A stretch of 63,132 nt of DNA, counting the filler. It is 7 parts of 7 records of this genome, joined end to end, with 100 filler letters (N's around TTAATTAATTAA, not from the genome) between each part and the next. Parts side by side here need not be neighbours in the genome. Positions count along the whole stretch, not along the records: positions 7,278 to 16,487 come from SRR31147125_6417; positions 16,588 to 32,537 come from SRR31147125_6429; 5 more parts are not named here. The stretch is one strand, 5' to 3'. Of the stretch, positions 10,055 to 20,498 are shown piece after piece (the first letter of the stretch is position 1; every line of letters starts with the position of its first letter). The notes below the pieces were generated by a model. The model did no database searches, was not told the origin of the DNA, and saw only the letters and a list, made by a program, of their open reading frames with translations. A program made the translations under genes and the position numbers.

Positions 10055-10780
10055 TTAAACATCGTTATAAACAATAGCATTGGTTGGGCATTTTTCTACT
10101 GTTTCCATTATTGATGTAATATCTATGTTGCTCTGTGGTAAGGCTTTTACTTTTGCTTTGTTATCCTGTATCTCATACAGTTCCGGCATCATCTTTTCGC
10201 ATAATCCGCATCCAATACAGTATTCCTCTTTTACGGATAGTATTTCAGACTTATCTTGAGATTCTTCGTCTGACAAATCTTTTTCTTTTACAAAAACGGC
10301 TGTTAAATAACCCATCATTAAAATAGATATAACTGTAAGAATCCATCTGACTGCCATGAATTCTAGACCCAAAAACTTTGCTTCGTTTGCAAGCATTGGA
10401 ACTTTAATAACTGCCCACGAGCTGAGGATAATGACAATATTTGTTATGCTGGCACCTTTTTTAAGCAATGATTTACCTATTGGAAAAGCCGCATAGATTG
10501 GTCCTGCTGATATGCTACCGAGTATAAGGGCAAGTATATTCCCTTTTATGCCAGATTTTTTACCAAAGCCACGTATGATGACTTCTTTTGGAACCCATGC
10601 TTCAATTACTACAGTAAGTAAAAATATTATAGGTAATACTTGTAGCATCTCTACCAAGTAGTAAGCGCTGTTGGATAATGATTGTGATGCTTTTTGTGGT
10701 GCAACTATAAAAACGACTATATATGCTAGTGCAACAAATATCACTATTTTATTCTTTTTTAAAAAGTTTAGTATCTTCAT
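10055..10780 (-). CDS. DUF318-like permease fused to a C-terminal ferredoxin
   Basis: TM region with GSISAGPIYAAFP; tail CIGCGLC...CPTNAI. Confidence 0.82.
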   Translation of the reverse strand: MKILNFLKKNKIVIFVALAYIVVFIVAPQKASQSLSNSAYYLVEMLQVLPIIFLLTVVIEAWVPKEVIIRGFGKKSGIKGNILALILGSISAGPIYAAFPIGKSLLKKGASITNIVIILSSWAVIKVPMLANEAKFLGLEFMAVRWILTVISILMMGYLTAVFVKEKDLSDEESQDKSEILSVKEEYCIGCGLCEKMMPELYEIQDNKAKVKALPQSNIDITSIMETVEKCPTNAIVYNDV

Positions 10781-11258
10781 AATATAATCCCCATTGCCAA
10801 GGCAATAATTACCGCAAAGCCAAAGCTCATTGCGTTTCTTGTTAGTGCAAATTTAGTACCAAATTCCTTTTTTCGAGCGGGAAAGTTACTATACCTACCA
10901 TGGTTAGTGTTGTTAGAAAAGCAACCGCAGGCACTATGCTTGCTCCTGCATCCACCAACGAGCCAACCAATGGGAAACCAACAAAAGCGGGTATTAGCGT
11001 TATGCTTCCTATAATCGCGCCTATGATTGTTGAAATAAAAGTATTTGAAGAACCCATAACCGATTTTATGGTATCTGGTGGAACAAACGTTAGAATTAGT
11101 CCGATAAGAAAAATAATCGCGACTATTTGCCCAAGCATATTGCCCATCATTTTCTTTGACTTTTTCATCGCAGAAAATGTTTTTTTCTTGTTTTTGATAA
11201 ACGAAATTATAGCAAGTACTACTGCAACAATTAAAAATATTAGTGTGAAAATATCCAT
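10777..11258 (-). CDS. DUF318-like permease, small partner; frameshift at T-run ~10866
   Basis: GSITLIPAFVGFPL, TLTMVG..TFPLE; shifted frame continues EFGTKFALTRNAMSF..GIIL* with an ATGA overlap into the next gene. Confidence 0.8.
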
Positions 11259-11312
11259 ATAAATAACACCTTTCTTGATATAAGAAAAGTATAGAAGTAT
11301 AATAACTATAAT

Positions 11313-11332
11313 GGCGTTACCAAGGTAACACC
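11313..11332. promoter_or_regulatory. Palindromic operator between divergent permease operon and Crp/Fnr gene
   Basis: GGCGTTACC-AA-GGTAACACC. Confidence 0.6.
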
Positions 11333-11372
11333 TTATCAATTGTTTTTGGAAATATATTTAGGAGAGTTTTTA

Positions 11373-12029
11373 ATGCAAAAATATCATTCACTTTTAGAAA
11401 AAGCGACTTTACTGCAGGATATCGATTTAAACGAAGTTTTGGACTATGTTAAAGATGGGCGGTTTAAAATAAAAAACTACAACGAAAATAACATCATTCA
11501 TTTTGAGGGTGAACGTTGCGTGAAACTTGAGATCATAATTTCGGGCGAAGTTTTTGTAGAGCGTGTTGATGAATCGGGCGGGCTACTTACTATTGCAAAG
11601 TTTGAAGATGATGATATTCTTGGTGGTAACTTGCTTTTTTCGAATAATCCCATTTTTCCTATGACAACAACAGCCAAAAAACAAACAACAATAGTTGAAA
11701 TAGAAAAAGAGCTTTTATTTGATTTGTTTGTAAAACACCCTTTGTTTTTAAGAAGATACCTAGAGTTTATGTCTGACCGTACAGCTGTTTTGGGCAATAA
11801 AATTAGATACTATGTTAAAAAGACAATAAGAGAAAGCTTGATGGGCTTTTTACAGCATGAAAGCAAAATACAAAATTCAAACAGGGTAATGCTTTCTATG
11901 AGCAAGAAGGCTTTGGCCGATAAAATTGGTGTTCAGCGTACATCGCTTTCGCGTGAGCTTACTAAAATGAAAAAAGATGGATGGATTGATTTTGATGAGA
12001 AAAGTATTACTTTGCTTGGGGATAGATAA
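11373..12029 (+). CDS. Crp/Fnr family transcriptional regulator (HcpR-like)
   Basis: cNMP-like domain (IISGEV..GGNLLF) and HTH LADKIGVQRTSLSRELTKM; AGGAG RBS. Confidence 0.9.
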   Translation: MQKYHSLLEKATLLQDIDLNEVLDYVKDGRFKIKNYNENNIIHFEGERCVKLEIIISGEVFVERVDESGGLLTIAKFEDDDILGGNLLFSNNPIFPMTTTAKKQTTIVEIEKELLFDLFVKHPLFLRRYLEFMSDRTAVLGNKIRYYVKKTIRESLMGFLQHESKIQNSNRVMLSMSKKALADKIGVQRTSLSRELTKMKKDGWIDFDEKSITLLGDR

Positions 12030-12042
12030 TGGAGGTAAAGAT

Positions 12043-13083
12043 TTGAAAAAAATTCTTATGCTTACTCTTATAACTGTAGTAATATCTCTTTGCTCATGCC
12101 AAGAATATAATAAGGAAATACAATCATCAATGGCTGTTGAATCGTCAGTTGTTGAGAATAAGGCTGAACGAAATAACGCCACTAGCGAATTTAGTATACC
12201 GATGTTTTCGGAAGATTCACCTTTTAATAGGCCTGTTGGTGATGACTATATTGTAGATGAAAATTCTGAGTTTATGGTTGAGCGTCTTTTAAAGGATATG
12301 CAGAACGGAAGCGATGCTGTTTTGTCTGTTGATAAGTGGTCGGTGACGGCATATTTTGCTGATAATAGTACGCCTAGATACGATATTAAGCTTACTAATA
12401 ATTGGGGTTTGGGTTATAAATATATACTGGATGTGCCTATTCCTGATGGGGCTATTGCTGATAAAATGAACGATGGTCATATGGCTGTTATTGATACTGA
12501 TAGTGGATATGTTTATGAATTTTGGCGATATAATGCGGATGAAAGTTGCGCTGTTTGGGGTAATCGTATTTCGCTTGGATCAAATGGCATATATGATGAT
12601 GGTATGTCGTCTAGGGGTTCTGGGTTTTGCTCGCTTTTGGGTATGATTTGGCCGCAGGAATTTGAGCAAGGATATATTGACCATGCACTCGTTTTATCCA
12701 TACCATCGACTAAATCTGGGGGTCCTGTTTTTCCTGCTACTGAATCTGACGGTAAAACTAATAAAGCTTACGCTATTCCTATTGGTGCAAGAATAATGCT
12801 TGATCCTAACCTTGATTTGGATGAATATAATTTAACAAAATATGAGAGGATTATCTGTGAATGCTTACAAAAATATGGAGCATTTGTGGGTGATACATCC
12901 GGATCTATTGAGTTTGAGGCAATAAGCCCACTGTCTTTTGATGAGGATGTATATAACGGCATGTTTACTGATGATTGGATTATTTTAGATCATATTTCGT
13001 TTGAGCATATATATATATTAGAGCTTGGTAAGCAAAACAAGAATCCGCATTTGAAGGTAATTGATGAGAGTATTTATAGGTAA
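12043..13083 (+). CDS. Uncharacterised lipoprotein
   Basis: GGAGGT RBS, TTG start, lipobox LCSC; conserved-looking motifs SPFN, DGHMAVID, HAL, ALQKYG-like, DTSG. Confidence 0.7.
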   Translation: MKKILMLTLITVVISLCSCQEYNKEIQSSMAVESSVVENKAERNNATSEFSIPMFSEDSPFNRPVGDDYIVDENSEFMVERLLKDMQNGSDAVLSVDKWSVTAYFADNSTPRYDIKLTNNWGLGYKYILDVPIPDGAIADKMNDGHMAVIDTDSGYVYEFWRYNADESCAVWGNRISLGSNGIYDDGMSSRGSGFCSLLGMIWPQEFEQGYIDHALVLSIPSTKSGGPVFPATESDGKTNKAYAIPIGARIMLDPNLDLDEYNLTKYERIICECLQKYGAFVGDTSGSIEFEAISPLSFDEDVYNGMFTDDWIILDHISFEHIYILELGKQNKNPHLKVIDESIYR

Positions 13084-13095
13084 ACGATTATTGAA

Positions 13096-13533
13096 TTATT
13101 TATCGATTATAAAAAAGTCGGATAACAATGTTTTCATGCTATCAGCAATTTTATTCTGACTTGCTTCATCGATTTCGGCATACAATTTTTGTACATTTTT
13201 GGTTATATCATCAAACGTAGTTGATACAAGTTCGTTCCCTTTATCCGTTAAATATAAAAAGTGGTTTCGTTTATCCTCTGAATCCTGCTTTTTTGTAAGT
13301 AATCCTTTTTCAATTAACCTCCTTGTCTCTCTGCTGCCATTAGGCATAGAAATATGTAAACAGTCGCAAATGGAAACTAGTTGTTTTCCTGGTGCGAAAT
13401 ATAAAATCTCTAAAATCATGTATTGGGATGCGGTTATCGATTTTGGCATCGCATTTGATTTTAGCGCGTGAACAGTTTTGCTTACTTCAGCAAAAAAGTT
13501 GATAGTTAAATCTGTAAATTCTTTTTTCAGCAT
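13096..13533 (-). CDS. MarR family regulator
   Basis: ITASQYMIL, L.EKGLL...DSEDKR..LYLTDKG. Confidence 0.9.
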   Translation of the reverse strand: MLKKEFTDLTINFFAEVSKTVHALKSNAMPKSITASQYMILEILYFAPGKQLVSICDCLHISMPNGSRETRRLIEKGLLTKKQDSEDKRNHFLYLTDKGNELVSTTFDDITKNVQKLYAEIDEASQNKIADSMKTLLSDFFIIDK

Positions 13534-13602
13534 TTTTATTTACCTCTAATATATTATTGCACAAAAGATATCAAAAAACAATTGTCTAAATATAATTATT
13601 AA

Positions 13603-13649
13603 TTGACAAGTATCTGTTTGTAGTATAAAATATGATTATCAAAAGATAA
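13603..13649 (+). promoter_or_regulatory. Sigma70/SigA promoter with downstream palindromic (MarR-like) operator
   Basis: TTGACA-17bp-TAAAAT; TTATC-AAAA-GATAA at 13636-13649. Confidence 0.65.
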
Positions 13650-13669
13650 CTATATGGAGGAAGCGGAAA

Positions 13670-14470
13670 TTGAATACAAAGATATATGTTTTTACTGCAA
13701 CAGGTACGGGGCTTTCAATTGCAAATGATATTGCAAAAAACTTGGAGTCATGTGAGATTTTATCGATCGGTAAGGCAATGCAACAAGATAATTGGAGTAT
13801 TGAAGGGGAATGTGTTGGGTTTGTCTTCCCTTGTTATTATGGGACTGCACCAAAGATTATAAAAGAGTTTATAAAAAAGGCAAGTGCAATAAATGCTGAG
13901 TATTTTTTTGCTGCGGCTAGTGCTGGTGGAGATATTGGATATAGCTTAAGGGCTTTGGATAAAGCTTTGAAGGCGCAAAATCAAAAACTGGATTACGGCA
14001 GAGGCGTTGCTGTTGGTTCGAATTATATGAGTGGCTGGTATTACGATAGGATATATCCAAGTGACGATGTTTTGAAAAAAAGAGTAAATGATGTTCAAAA
14101 GCTATGTGTTGATATGGCTAAAGACATCAAAAACAAAGTGAAAAGCGTAGATAAAGCGTCATTTGGAGGCTATATTATGCCTAACATTTTGAGCGAAAAA
14201 AGATATATTAAGGATACAAGACCGCTTGATAGTGAGTACAGTATATCTGATTCCTGTGATGGGTGCGGAACTTGTGATAAAGTGTGCCCGGTAAATAACA
14301 TAAATATTGTAGACGGTAAACCAGAGTTTTTACATAACTGTCAAAGATGTATGGCTTGTATTCAGTTTTGCCCTAAGTCTGCTTTTTCTATTAATGGTAA
14401 AGCTATGGATAAGAAAAAGTATAAACATCCAAATGTGAGTTTGAAGCAACTTATTGACTTTAATAATTAA
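13670..14470 (+). CDS. EFR1-family flavodoxin-ferredoxin fusion
   Basis: FTATGTG, GFVFPCY; CDGCGTCDKVCP and CQRCMACIQFCP. Confidence 0.88.
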   Translation: MNTKIYVFTATGTGLSIANDIAKNLESCEILSIGKAMQQDNWSIEGECVGFVFPCYYGTAPKIIKEFIKKASAINAEYFFAAASAGGDIGYSLRALDKALKAQNQKLDYGRGVAVGSNYMSGWYYDRIYPSDDVLKKRVNDVQKLCVDMAKDIKNKVKSVDKASFGGYIMPNILSEKRYIKDTRPLDSEYSISDSCDGCGTCDKVCPVNNINIVDGKPEFLHNCQRCMACIQFCPKSAFSINGKAMDKKKYKHPNVSLKQLIDFNN

Positions 14471-14614
14471 AAGATGACGATGACAAAACCTTGAAAATTT
14501 AAAAAATACAGTATACAATTAATATATAAGCATAGGAATACATTTTGAAGTATATGATTTGGTACCCTATGCTTTTTATATTTTTATTTTTAAAGTAAGT
14601 GGATAGAAAAGTTT

Positions 14615-15706
14615 ATGATGATATTTTATTTTGCTGTTGAGGTGATTATAAGTGCAGCATATATTTATAAAATGCTTGTAGAGGGTTTGCAAGCTGATTT
14701 TTTGAGTATATTTATCTGGCTTTTTTATTTTTGTTTGAAGCTTTTATATTACATATTTGATGAAAAACGACTAAGAATATCGTTTTTAATTGCGTCGAAC
14801 TTGTTTATATTAATTTGTATAGGCATCAGTTCAAATATTGCTTTTTTCTTTTTGTTTTCGTTTAGTCAGCTATTAAGCGAGACTGGCATAAAAAATAAAT
14901 ATATTGCTTTATTGGGTTTGTGCTTTGTAAGCATAGTAGATAATAAATCTTTATTTATACTTATAAGTGCTTTTAGTTTTATGTGTTATCAAATTTTATT
15001 GGAAAACAAAAGGTTGAGGGATAAGGCTTTTAGTGAGAGTGAAGCTTTAAAGAAAGAAAAACAAAGAGCGGAGAAGATGTTTTTTGAGGTTGAAAAAACC
15101 AACAAGAGTGAACTGTATCGTGTTAAGTTAGAAGAGCGAGCTAGGATTCTTCAAAACATGCATGACGAGGTTGGCCATACTATAACAGGAAACATAATGA
15201 GAATCGAGGCGGTTAAATACCTTACAACACAAGAGCAGTTAAAAGAAGAGCTTACTACTATTGCTGATAATCTTAGATCTGGTATGGATAATATAAGAAA
15301 GATTATAAGGGATTTAAAGCCTCAGGATACATCGTTAAATATAACCAGTATTAAAAAAATGGTTTCTGATATTGTTGTAAATAAGTCGATCGATATTACG
15401 CTTGATTATTCCAGTGATATTTCTGTTATTAAAGAAAATGAATGGGAAGTTATATATTTAAATATAAAAGAAGCTCTGACCAATATGATTAAGTTTTCGG
15501 ATGCTAAGGTTTGTAGGATTGAGTTTATTAGACTGAACAAGGCTTTTAAGGTTTCTATAAAAGACGATGGTACTGGATGCAAAAATATTGTTAAAGGCAT
15601 TGGGCTTTCTGGTATGGACAAAAGGATTAAGGATATAGGGGCAAATATTATTTTTGATGGTAGTGATGGGTTTAGTGTAATTATGTTGTTTAATATTGAT
15701 AAGTAA
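14615..15706 (+). CDS. Membrane sensor histidine kinase (HisKA_3)
   Basis: ERARILQNMHDEVGH, EALTNMIK, DDGTG, GIGLSGM. Confidence 0.92.
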   Translation: MMIFYFAVEVIISAAYIYKMLVEGLQADFLSIFIWLFYFCLKLLYYIFDEKRLRISFLIASNLFILICIGISSNIAFFFLFSFSQLLSETGIKNKYIALLGLCFVSIVDNKSLFILISAFSFMCYQILLENKRLRDKAFSESEALKKEKQRAEKMFFEVEKTNKSELYRVKLEERARILQNMHDEVGHTITGNIMRIEAVKYLTTQEQLKEELTTIADNLRSGMDNIRKIIRDLKPQDTSLNITSIKKMVSDIVVNKSIDITLDYSSDISVIKENEWEVIYLNIKEALTNMIKFSDAKVCRIEFIRLNKAFKVSIKDDGTGCKNIVKGIGLSGMDKRIKDIGANIIFDGSDGFSVIMLFNIDK

Positions 15707-15733
15707 AACATATGAAAAGGAATAGATAATATT

Positions 15734-16339
15734 ATGGGTATAAGAGTTTTAATTGTTGATGATGATAGTTTGATATCTGAAAGCTTAAAGATAATTTTAT
15801 CAAGAGATGATAGGATTTATGTCGTTGGTGCGGTTGAAAACGGTCAAAAAGCAATTGATGCTTGTTTAAACCAAAATGTTGATATTGTACTTATGGATAT
15901 TAGAATGCCAGTTTTAAATGGTATAGAGGCGACTAAAGCTATCGTTAAAAAGACAAAGACTAAGGTTTTAATACTGACAACTTTTGATGACGACGAGTAT
16001 GTTTCTAAGGCTATTGAGTATGGGGCTAAGGGGTATCTTTTAAAAAGCAATAAACCAGAAGTTATTGTAAATTCTATTATTTCGGTTGATGGAGGTAGTG
16101 CTGTTATTCAAGAGCAGCTTATGGATAAGCTTACTGTTAAATCTGATGATAAAAAGCTATATGGGCTTACTGAACGTGAGAAAAATATTGTGGTTAATAT
16201 AGCTAAGGGTATGACCAATAAGGAGATTGCGGCAGAGCTTTTTTTGTCTGAAGGAACGATAAAAAATAACATAACATCTATTCTTTCTAAACTAGAGTTG
16301 AAACACAGAACACAAATTGCTGTTTATTATCTTACTTGA
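15734..16339 (+). CDS. NarL/LuxR response regulator
   Basis: VDDD, MDIRMP, LTTFDDD, LTERE..NKEIA..LSEGTIKN. Confidence 0.94.
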   Translation: MGIRVLIVDDDSLISESLKIILSRDDRIYVVGAVENGQKAIDACLNQNVDIVLMDIRMPVLNGIEATKAIVKKTKTKVLILTTFDDDEYVSKAIEYGAKGYLLKSNKPEVIVNSIISVDGGSAVIQEQLMDKLTVKSDDKKLYGLTEREKNIVVNIAKGMTNKEIAAELFLSEGTIKNNITSILSKLELKHRTQIAVYYLT

Positions 16340-16455
16340 TTAAATAATCGGTAATAATATCGTATAAAAATATATGCACATGCTTTAGCAAGAGCGAATA
16401 ACAAAGATTTGATTGATGCTTTTGCTTAGTGGCTAAATAAGTTTGTAACTAAATA

Positions 16456-16471
16456 AGTGACTTTTGTCACT
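16456..16471. promoter_or_regulatory. Candidate NarL-type response regulator site
   Basis: AGTGAC-TTTT-GTCACT downstream of the response regulator, at the contig end. Confidence 0.45.
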
Positions 16472-16487
16472 ATTTTTATTGGAAAAA

Positions 16488-16587
16488 NNNNNNNNNNNNN
16501 NNNNNNNNNNNNNNNNNNNNNNNNNNNNNNNTTAATTAATTAANNNNNNNNNNNNNNNNNNNNNNNNNNNNNNNNNNNNNNNNNNNN
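16488..16587. other. Artificial contig linker
   Basis: N-run/TTAATTAATTAA/N-run. Confidence 0.99.
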
Positions 16588-16667
16588 TTTTTTATACATT
16601 TAAATTTTTCGAGTTATCTGTTCAACTAACTGAATATCTCTCAAAATATGCTTATTTTCACATCCAA

Positions 16668-17684
16668 TTAGAATTCAATCACTTTGTAATCAGCTTCAGA
16701 TTTTAATTTCTCGATATGATTCGTATAAGCATCTCGTTGTTTTGCTTGTTTCAGAGATTTTTCGATCTCGTCATGAACTTCTTCAATTGGTTTGGTTTCC
16801 TTTTTACGATCAACCACTTTTAAAATGTGAAAACCATATTGAGTTTCAACAATACCACTCAGCTCACCAATTGGAGTTGTGAACGCAGCATCTTCAAATG
16901 GTTTAACCATTCTGCCATGACCAAAATCTTTATACAAACCACCATTGTTTTTTGATCCCGGATCTTCGGAATATTTTTTAGCCAATTCAGCAAAATCTTT
17001 TCCTTGTTTTGCTTCTTCTAAAATACCTTCCATTTTCTTCAGGATTTCCTGTTTGGCAGAGTCGCTTTTTCCCTGAGTCATGAGCAGGATATGACGTACA
17101 GAAGCTGTTTTGTCTTCGCCATAAGCTGTCGTAATTTCTTCTTCCGTGACCACTGTTTCCTTTTCAAGCTCATTGTCCAGGTAATTGTTAATGGTCAGTC
17201 GATCGGTAATATCATTCTTGACAACATCAATAGTGATGCCAGCACTGCTCAGACGCTCTAAAAATTTATCTTCGCCGCCAGCACTCTTGTATTGGTTAGC
17301 TAAAATACTATCAATTTCAGCTTGTTCAACAACCACATTGGCATTTGCAGCTGCGTTTAGCAGGAATTTTTTTTGAGCCAGATCCTGAGCTGTGCGAGTA
17401 ATCATATTGTTTATTTGATCAGGGGGCATATTTTTGAGGTTGTCGGCATTCTTGCCAAAATTTGTTTGAAAGGCTTGAATAACCTCGCCTGTGGTAATTG
17501 CAAATTTGTTGGTGGAAATAAGTACATTATTTTTGTCCGGATCAAGAAATGGGACCTTTTCAGCCATATCTTGTGCAAGCTTGTAAGCTGGCGAATCCTT
17601 TTCCAGTTTTACACTTTCAACTTTATTTGAACAGGCGGAAATAATGAGCGTAATCAAAACAGATAACACTAAAATTTTTTTCAT
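16668..17684 (-). CDS. Parvulin-type peptidyl-prolyl isomerase lipoprotein (PrsA/SurA-like)
   Basis: Start MKKILV after AAGGAG; lipobox ISAC; VRHILL, FAELAKKYSEDPGS..GG, MVKPFEDAAF, TQYGFHI. Confidence 0.9.
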   Translation of the reverse strand: MKKILVLSVLITLIISACSNKVESVKLEKDSPAYKLAQDMAEKVPFLDPDKNNVLISTNKFAITTGEVIQAFQTNFGKNADNLKNMPPDQINNMITRTAQDLAQKKFLLNAAANANVVVEQAEIDSILANQYKSAGGEDKFLERLSSAGITIDVVKNDITDRLTINNYLDNELEKETVVTEEEITTAYGEDKTASVRHILLMTQGKSDSAKQEILKKMEGILEEAKQGKDFAELAKKYSEDPGSKNNGGLYKDFGHGRMVKPFEDAAFTTPIGELSGIVETQYGFHILKVVDRKKETKPIEEVHDEIEKSLKQAKQRDAYTNHIEKLKSEADYKVIEF

Positions 17685-18273
17685 TCTGGTCTCCTTAATA
17701 TTAAATATAGCTATTTCTGGCCTGAAATTGTCTTTAAGATAAGAATAATTTGACAAAATTCCTAATCATTTAATTGAATTTACTCATTCTTGTCTATATT
17801 TTATATATTATTTATTCATTGATAATAATAAATGTGGTATAGATCATGCGATTTATATCATTGCAACATACAACCTATTATTTTTACCTGTCGTCATTAA
17901 CTAAATATCAGTCTCTCTTTTTGAGTTTTGAATTTCTGTCAAATTGGCAAAAACGAAAAAAGGTTTTTATTCACTTATAAACCTGGTCCTGGCTCCTATC
18001 CGGATACGCGCCCGCTTTTTTGGGCTGTTTGACTCTATAAACCTTCAGTTCTGTGAATAATATATTCAGTTCAGTTGTTAGGGTTGTACTAACGATTATG
18101 ATACAAAAATCACCTTAATACTATATAATTTCATTCATTTTAATAAGAATGTGTGTGTGATTCTATTTGTATCTCTTAGTGGAAATCTAACCTTTCATCA
18201 TTTGAGAGTTTGTAATGGCAAGCCATCCTTTACAGTCACACCTGATTCATTAAAAAAACAAGGAGGCTGAAAA

Positions 18274-18801
18274 ATGGAGAGACTTGATGGTATTCATGTA
18301 TTAATGTTTGTGGACGATATATACGAAGACCTGGAGCTCTGGTATCCCAAATTAAGACTTGAAGAAGAGGGAGCCACTATCGTCCTGGCAGGAATGGAAC
18401 TCAAAACATACAAGGGAAAAAACGGTTATCCGGCTCAATCCGATGGATTAATCAAAGACATGGTGGAGGCAGATTTTGATGCTCTGGTCATACCGGGTGG
18501 TTTTATGCCGGATAAATTACGCCGAATAGCTAAAGTGCTGGAATTAACCCGCCAATTTGATGAAAAAAACAAACTCATTGGCATGATATGCCATGCTGGC
18601 TGGATTCCCATTTCCGCACAAATTTTATCTGGCAGAACCGTCACCAGTACACCAGGCATCAAAGATGATATTATCAATGCCGGTGCCACATGGCTGGATA
18701 AACCGGTTGTTATTGATAAAAATCTGATTTCATCCCGACGTCCACCAGATCTCCCCCAATATGGCAAGGCTCTGGTCGATTATCTTAAAAACAATCTATA
18801 A
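18274..18801 (+). CDS. PfpI/YhbO-type intracellular protease/glyoxalase
   Basis: YEDLELWYP, IPGGFMPDKLR, ICHAGW, SRRPPDL. Confidence 0.92.
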   Translation: MERLDGIHVLMFVDDIYEDLELWYPKLRLEEEGATIVLAGMELKTYKGKNGYPAQSDGLIKDMVEADFDALVIPGGFMPDKLRRIAKVLELTRQFDEKNKLIGMICHAGWIPISAQILSGRTVTSTPGIKDDIINAGATWLDKPVVIDKNLISSRRPPDLPQYGKALVDYLKNNL

Positions 18802-18853
18802 TCTTCTGGCCACACTCTGGACAGGACTCTACGGCACCACTTTTTATAACGAC

Positions 18854-19720
18854 TCAAAAAAATCCTTGCAATTTTTGTTGAATTTTTTCGATGCTTAATG
18901 GTGCGGAACCTTCATAGTGATTGTTCACATTAATGTACGTTACAGTATTCTTTTTCAATTCCTGCTCTACTATACCAATGATTGAATCCAATTCGTTGTC
19001 TTTGGGTGCCACAATCTGATGCCATTGGCTTCCGGTTTGCTTTTCAATGCCTTTCCGGTCCGGACCATGCAGGCGAATAACAACATGTTCCTTTACATTA
19101 TTTTTGTATTTTTCATACAGATCTTTTATAAAAGGCATAAAATAGCCCTGTAATAAAACAGGAAAAATATGATTCCTGTCTAAAAAATCAAAAAAGGATT
19201 GATTTAAATAATATGGATTTCGTGTCTCTACGGCATAAGTAAAATCACCCGGACATTTTTGAATAAATTCTCCAAACTTTTCCAGAAATTCAGTTTGAGA
19301 TGACATTTTTTGTTTGTTCAAATATTCAAACTGAAACATCAAAGGACCTAAATGATCTCGCATGGGTTCAAGTGTATCAAGAAATTTTTCAAAAAGTTTA
19401 TTGGACAGAAAATGAGGATTGGGTACAAGCGGAGTACTCTTGTTTTTCTGGTAAAAATGGGTAAGAGTGATGCTGTTCGGGATCTTTATGCTAAACGTAA
19501 AATCTGCTGGCACAGAATCCACATATCCCTTTACGACATGCGGTAAAGGCAGGGAAACCTTGTCGGGTCCGTGCAGAGACCAGAACCACTGATCAATTTC
19601 AACCGTATTAAAATGTAAAGAATATTCTTTCAGGTAATTTATATTCGGCTGATCTGAATAGACAAGCCCTTTCCAGGAATCATACTTCCAACTGCATGTT
19701 CCGATTCTCAATTCAGACAT
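18854..19720 (-). CDS. DUF72 protein
   Basis: IGTCSWKY, FNTVEID, FSIK..ITLTH, LGPLMFQF, AVETRN, RLHG, NNHYEG. Confidence 0.88.
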   Translation of the reverse strand: MSELRIGTCSWKYDSWKGLVYSDQPNINYLKEYSLHFNTVEIDQWFWSLHGPDKVSLPLPHVVKGYVDSVPADFTFSIKIPNSITLTHFYQKNKSTPLVPNPHFLSNKLFEKFLDTLEPMRDHLGPLMFQFEYLNKQKMSSQTEFLEKFGEFIQKCPGDFTYAVETRNPYYLNQSFFDFLDRNHIFPVLLQGYFMPFIKDLYEKYKNNVKEHVVIRLHGPDRKGIEKQTGSQWHQIVAPKDNELDSIIGIVEQELKKNTVTYINVNNHYEGSAPLSIEKIQQKLQGFF

Positions 19721-19746
19721 TTTTCTCCCCTGTTTTCCAGGTAAAG

Positions 19747-20439
19747 TCAACGTGAAACAGACACCTTGTTGTTCTTTTCATTATAGAGAACAAGTTTATA
19801 CAGAATATGCTCACTATTTGTGAACTTTCTCTCAAAAGGTGTCATTGGCTCCTTTGCAATAAACTCTTGTACAGGATAGTTTTTACCTGTTGCAAAACAA
19901 AATGCATAGGAAAATTCTTCCAGGTATAATTTCCAGTTACTGCGTAACTCGAAGACTTTTCCCAGTTTTATTAAATCCCAGAAAACCGGATGTCCATAAA
20001 ATCGTTTTTTCACATCTTGCTTTTTGGGCCATGGATTTGGATAAAATATAAAATGTTTTTCCACATTCCACCTGGCTTGCACGGCCAGCCTCCAGAAATC
20101 ATAAAGATCCGCCCTGACAAGCCTGAAATTGCCAACTTTATCCTGAGCATATGATGTATTCTTGTCAAGCCTGATAAAAGACTTGTCAATGCCAATAACC
20201 ATAGAATCAGGATGTAACTTTGCTAAATTTATCGTGCTCTCCCCAACACCACAACCGGAATCCAGAATAATCTTTGCGTCCTGTTGTTGAACGAACGCGT
20301 TTATTGCCTCAAACGATTGCAACGTATGCCTGGAAAAAGGCTTTTTAAACTCCGACATCCTGTGTTTTTCCAAAATATCGGTCAAATTTTCATGAATACC
20401 ATTTTGATTGGAGACGATTTCTTTACTCGGATACTGCAT
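19747..20439 (-). CDS. TrmB-like SAM-dependent methyltransferase
   Basis: ILDSGCGVG, FYPNPWPK, ELRSNW, TPFERKF. Confidence 0.75.
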   Translation of the reverse strand: MQYPSKEIVSNQNGIHENLTDILEKHRMSEFKKPFSRHTLQSFEAINAFVQQQDAKIILDSGCGVGESTINLAKLHPDSMVIGIDKSFIRLDKNTSYAQDKVGNFRLVRADLYDFWRLAVQARWNVEKHFIFYPNPWPKKQDVKKRFYGHPVFWDLIKLGKVFELRSNWKLYLEEFSYAFCFATGKNYPVQEFIAKEPMTPFERKFTNSEHILYKLVLYNEKNNKVSVSR

Positions 20440-20498
20440 TTATTTAATATTACAACCTTTCTTTGTATTATGGAGTTTAAAAACTGTGTCATTACACA

